In this document: positions 62,001 to 64,000 of the stretch, piece by piece
Position numbering within the stretch: the stretch's first letter is position 1
How the letters are laid out: every line of letters starts with the position of its first letter
Assembly: GCA_012026655.1 (NCBI GenBank)
Contig: JAAILG010000672.1
Location: 1 to 64,000 of the forward strand
Origin: Hydrolagus affinis
Taxonomy: Eukaryota
Length of the DNA stretch: 64,000 nt
Direction of reading: 5' to 3'
Notes under the pieces: model-generated
What the model was told of the DNA's origin: nothing
The model's database searches: none
What the model saw: the letters and a program-made list of their open reading frames with translations, nothing else
Program-made: the position numbers and the translations under genes

Positions 62001-63899
62001 GAAAATAAGCCTCAACAGCTTTGAACTGTTAATTTGGGTGAAACCATGGCTACGTTTCCTCTCTGCAATAGCACTCTCTTGTGGTCAAATGATTATGGGT
62101 CAGCTCTCTCTCTCTCTCTCTCTCTCTCGTGTCCAGGTCCACATGTTGTATCCACCATATGTGGGGTCAAAGTACCGGTTGCTGCTGATGGAGTACATCT
62201 CTCTGGCGAAAACGCGACTCTTGGATCTTCAGGTCAGTGAGGATGCTCCCGGTCAGCTGTGTGAAGCAAGTGCTTTGAGGCGCCTATTGATGTGAAAGAC
62301 ACTACATACATGTAAATTGCTGTTGGGAGATATTCTCCAGCATTTGTGAACTGTCCCATTACCTCAGCCAACGTGGCTTGTTTTCAAATCATGGGGTGGG
62401 GGCACACAAATATTTAAGATATTTAAAGTCTCTGATGTAAATACAGTATTGCCAAACTGCCATGTGTTAGTAAAAATAGGTTTTATTAATACGCAGAAAT
62501 TAAAAGGAGAGTGTGTCTCCCATGTTTAGTTAGCATTAATGTCACCTTGATAGTAAAATATCCATTAACCAGATGCTTTGCTCGTGTCGTATCTGAGGCT
62601 GTCACCTTTCTGGCTTTAGGAGTCGGTGGAGGAGATGGGTCTGTACGAAGATCCCTCGGCTGCTCAATGTCCCCCTGAGGTTAGTAGAGCCCTTGGTCGC
62701 CAGGTGAGAATTGACAGTTGTGCTCCATGCTATAAACCTGAAATAAACCCAGATAAACTATCCAGAATCCTCTTCAGTGGCATTTACCAGAACGCACACC
62801 TGACTTGTTTCTCTGCGGTGTTTGACGACCTGCATATTTCTGATGGTTTCTCGTTGGCTAAATCCAGGATTAAATTACATTATTTACTGAAAAGTGCCTG
62901 TTGCAAAACTCAAATTCAACCTTTTAACCTCTTGTGGAAGGCTGGTGTTTTTTTCTAAAGACTGATTTCCAATTATTCAGTATAGCTTCTCGCTCATTAT
63001 AACTGCATGTAGTGAACGCAACACACCAAACAGTGAAATGATTCACAAGCTCACAAGATTGGTTTGGATCAAGGCCTTTTGGACCATTTGATCTCACTCA
63101 TCCTTCCAGAATAGTTACAGGGTTTCTTATGCTAAGTAGATCTGAATCATTCTGAGATGATATTTGTGTAGTTGAAACGCTCTGAGATGCTACTCCACAT
63201 GAAGGCCGCTATACAAATGCAAACTGTTATTGTTGTTGGGCGAACAGACTGATGAATTGAAATCTTTATTCATAGCCACAGTCCCAAGCTCTACTGGATG
63301 TTGAGAAAGCTCTGGTTCTGTTTGAAAACAATAGCAAGATCCCAGCCAGCATAATGGAGGCCAGGTACTTACTCGCTCTGAGTGCTCTGAGACGCCATCC
63401 AGCGTGGAGGGCGCTATATAAATCAAAATTGTTGTTGAAGTTGTTGTTGTTACTGCATGCTCCTGTGGGTTTTTTAATCATGTTAATAGTTTGATGCTTG
63501 TTTTTTAAATCAATTTATGATTTACCGCTAAAGTATTGATGCTTATAAAAAAAAATCAGAATGTATGTACTTTGATTTAATAATGAAAGTATGTTTGACT
63601 TCGGATTGTACTGAGTTAGGTCAATCTCAGTTTGAAAGTTTCTCAGTTACACTTCCTGCCTGCTGCGTAACAAACAGATTTCAAGTTATTCCTTGAAACA
63701 TTGCTATTTTAAATCTGTTTTTGTTCAGTAGATTGTTCAGTAGACATAGAAATATGTCTATTTTGCAATAGACAAATAACGTTCTGATTTGTAATGAAAA
63801 CAAATTCTAACCTTTCTCTCCACCCCCCCCATACTCAGTATTTTCCGAAGACCATATTACATGTCCCGATTTCTACCTGCTCTGCTTACCCCGCGTGTG
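49923..63899 (+). CDS. FANCA: Fanconi anemia group A protein, coding exons 1-19 (3'-incomplete, 591 aa in window)
   Basis: 19 GT-AG exons join in frame. Motifs [67 protein letters not shown]. Most exon lengths (110, 94, 96, 74, 113, 34, 113, 77, 142, 134, 111, 96, 60, 89, 61) equal the human FANCA exon sizes as I recall them. Confidence 0.96.
51223..51332 (+). CDS. FANCA: FANCA exon 2
   Basis: [21 protein letters not shown]; 110 nt. Confidence 0.92.
51372..51589. mobile_element. pogo/Tigger-type MITE (218 bp) in FANCA intron 2
   Basis: TA|CAGTAAAAGCCCGTTTATCC ... GGATAAATGGGGTTTTACTG|TA; CpG-rich interior suggests a young copy; the right TA is expanded to (TA)n. Confidence 0.88.
51952..52045 (+). 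CDS. FANCA: FANCA exon 3
   Basis: VNGSVSRH...EDSLL; 94 nt, phase 0->1. Confidence 0.85.
52612..52748 (+). CDS. FANCA: FANCA exon 4
   Basis: [19 protein letters not shown]...LNSAQR|gtaagt; 137 nt. Confidence 0.92.
52825..53240 (-). mobile_element. Older SacSINE1-like DeuSINE with a nested L2 tail
   Basis: Head GGCTCAGTTGGCAGCACTCTTG...GAGTCAGAAGG on minus (53180-53240) and body TTCAGATGAGACTTTAAACTAAGA; related pieces at 2100-2170(+), 5815-6150(-) and 14960-15200(+). Confidence 0.6.
53453..53548 (+). CDS. FANCA: FANCA exon 5
   Basis: SKFTRLLQ...[16 protein letters not shown]; 96 nt. Confidence 0.92.
54104..54177 (+). CDS. FANCA: FANCA exon 6
   Basis: [20 protein letters not shown]; 74 nt. 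Confidence 0.93.
54920..55032 (+). CDS. FANCA: FANCA exon 7
   Basis: [19 protein letters not shown]...QILS; 113 nt. Confidence 0.93.
55962..56038 (+). CDS. FANCA: FANCA exon 8
   Basis: [13 protein letters not shown]...FPQ; 77 nt. Confidence 0.9.
56624..56657 (+). CDS. FANCA: FANCA exon 9
   Basis: [11 protein letters not shown]; 34 nt, donor gtaagt. Confidence 0.9.
57090..57159 (+). CDS. FANCA: FANCA exon 10
   Basis: [24 protein letters not shown]; 70 nt, phase 1->2. Confidence 0.88.
57310..57422 (+). CDS. FANCA: FANCA exon 11
   Basis: LGVFD...[20 protein letters not shown]; 113 nt. Confidence 0.93.
58121..58197 (+). CDS. FANCA: FANCA exon 12
   Basis: [26 protein letters not shown]; 77 nt. 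Confidence 0.95.
58898..59039 (+). CDS. FANCA: FANCA exon 13
   Basis: [38 protein letters not shown]; 142 nt. Confidence 0.96.
59751..59884 (+). CDS. FANCA: FANCA exon 14
   Basis: [36 protein letters not shown]; 134 nt. Confidence 0.96.
61400..61510 (+). CDS. FANCA: FANCA exon 15
   Basis: [37 protein letters not shown]; 111 nt. Confidence 0.96.
61531..61825 (-). mobile_element. Full-length copy of the tRNA/Deu SINE in FANCA intron 15
   Basis: Same family; tail begins about 20 nt after the exon 15 donor. Confidence 0.9.
62137..62232 (+). CDS. FANCA: FANCA exon 16
   Basis: [32 protein letters not shown]; 96 nt. Confidence 0.96.
62620..62679 (+). CDS. FANCA: FANCA exon 17
   Basis: [13 protein letters not shown]; 60 nt. 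Confidence 0.94.
63276..63364 (+). CDS. FANCA: FANCA exon 18
   Basis: [29 protein letters not shown](S); 89 nt. Confidence 0.95.
63839..63899 (+). CDS. FANCA: FANCA exon 19
   Basis: [20 protein letters not shown]; 61 nt. Confidence 0.95.
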
Positions 63900-64000
63900 G
63901 TTTGTACCTTTTTTATTGTCTTATTTACATTTGAACAATATCAAACTTTTATCTTTCAGTCCGATGTCAATCTGTTATGACTGACTGTGTGCTCTCATTT

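Noticed and set aside
1-64000. Remaining short ORFs in the ORF track, and any CRISPR/operon-like interpretation of the recurring repeats
   Set aside because: They are SINE/LINE-derived or random intronic ORFs in a vertebrate genome; the repeats are dispersed retroposons, not regularly spaced arrays.

Overview
AT-rich, intron- and retroposon-rich vertebrate genomic DNA. The repeat families point to a cartilaginous fish, probably a chimaera such as Callorhinchus (inference). The window holds a complete 15-exon SPIRE2 gene on the minus strand (CDS 40423->5412, 765 aa by my exon assembly; KIND, WH2 cluster, myosin-V GTBM, Spir-box, modified FYVE). Head-to-head with it, the first 19 coding exons of FANCA lie on the plus strand (49923->63899, 591 aa, gene continues beyond the window). 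An ETS/E-box promoter at the left edge probably belongs to TCF25 by synteny. Repeats include tRNA-headed Deu-domain SINEs, L2/CR1/RTE LINE fragments, an AmnSINE2-like copy, two pogo/Tigger-type MITEs and a Penelope-type inverted repeat carrying a hammerhead core. The best leads are three unannotated-looking exon candidates in SPIRE2 introns: a 162-nt in-frame cassette, an 18-nt microexon, and a stop-containing exon overlapped by an antisense exon. Also notable are a microsatellite-encoded Thr-Gln insert in the KIND domain, covarying 3' stem-loops across three retroposon families, and stacked TACAGTA/TACTGTA excision-footprint-like motifs. All exon calls were made by eye from splice signals, phase and recalled homology; no alignment or RNA data were available.
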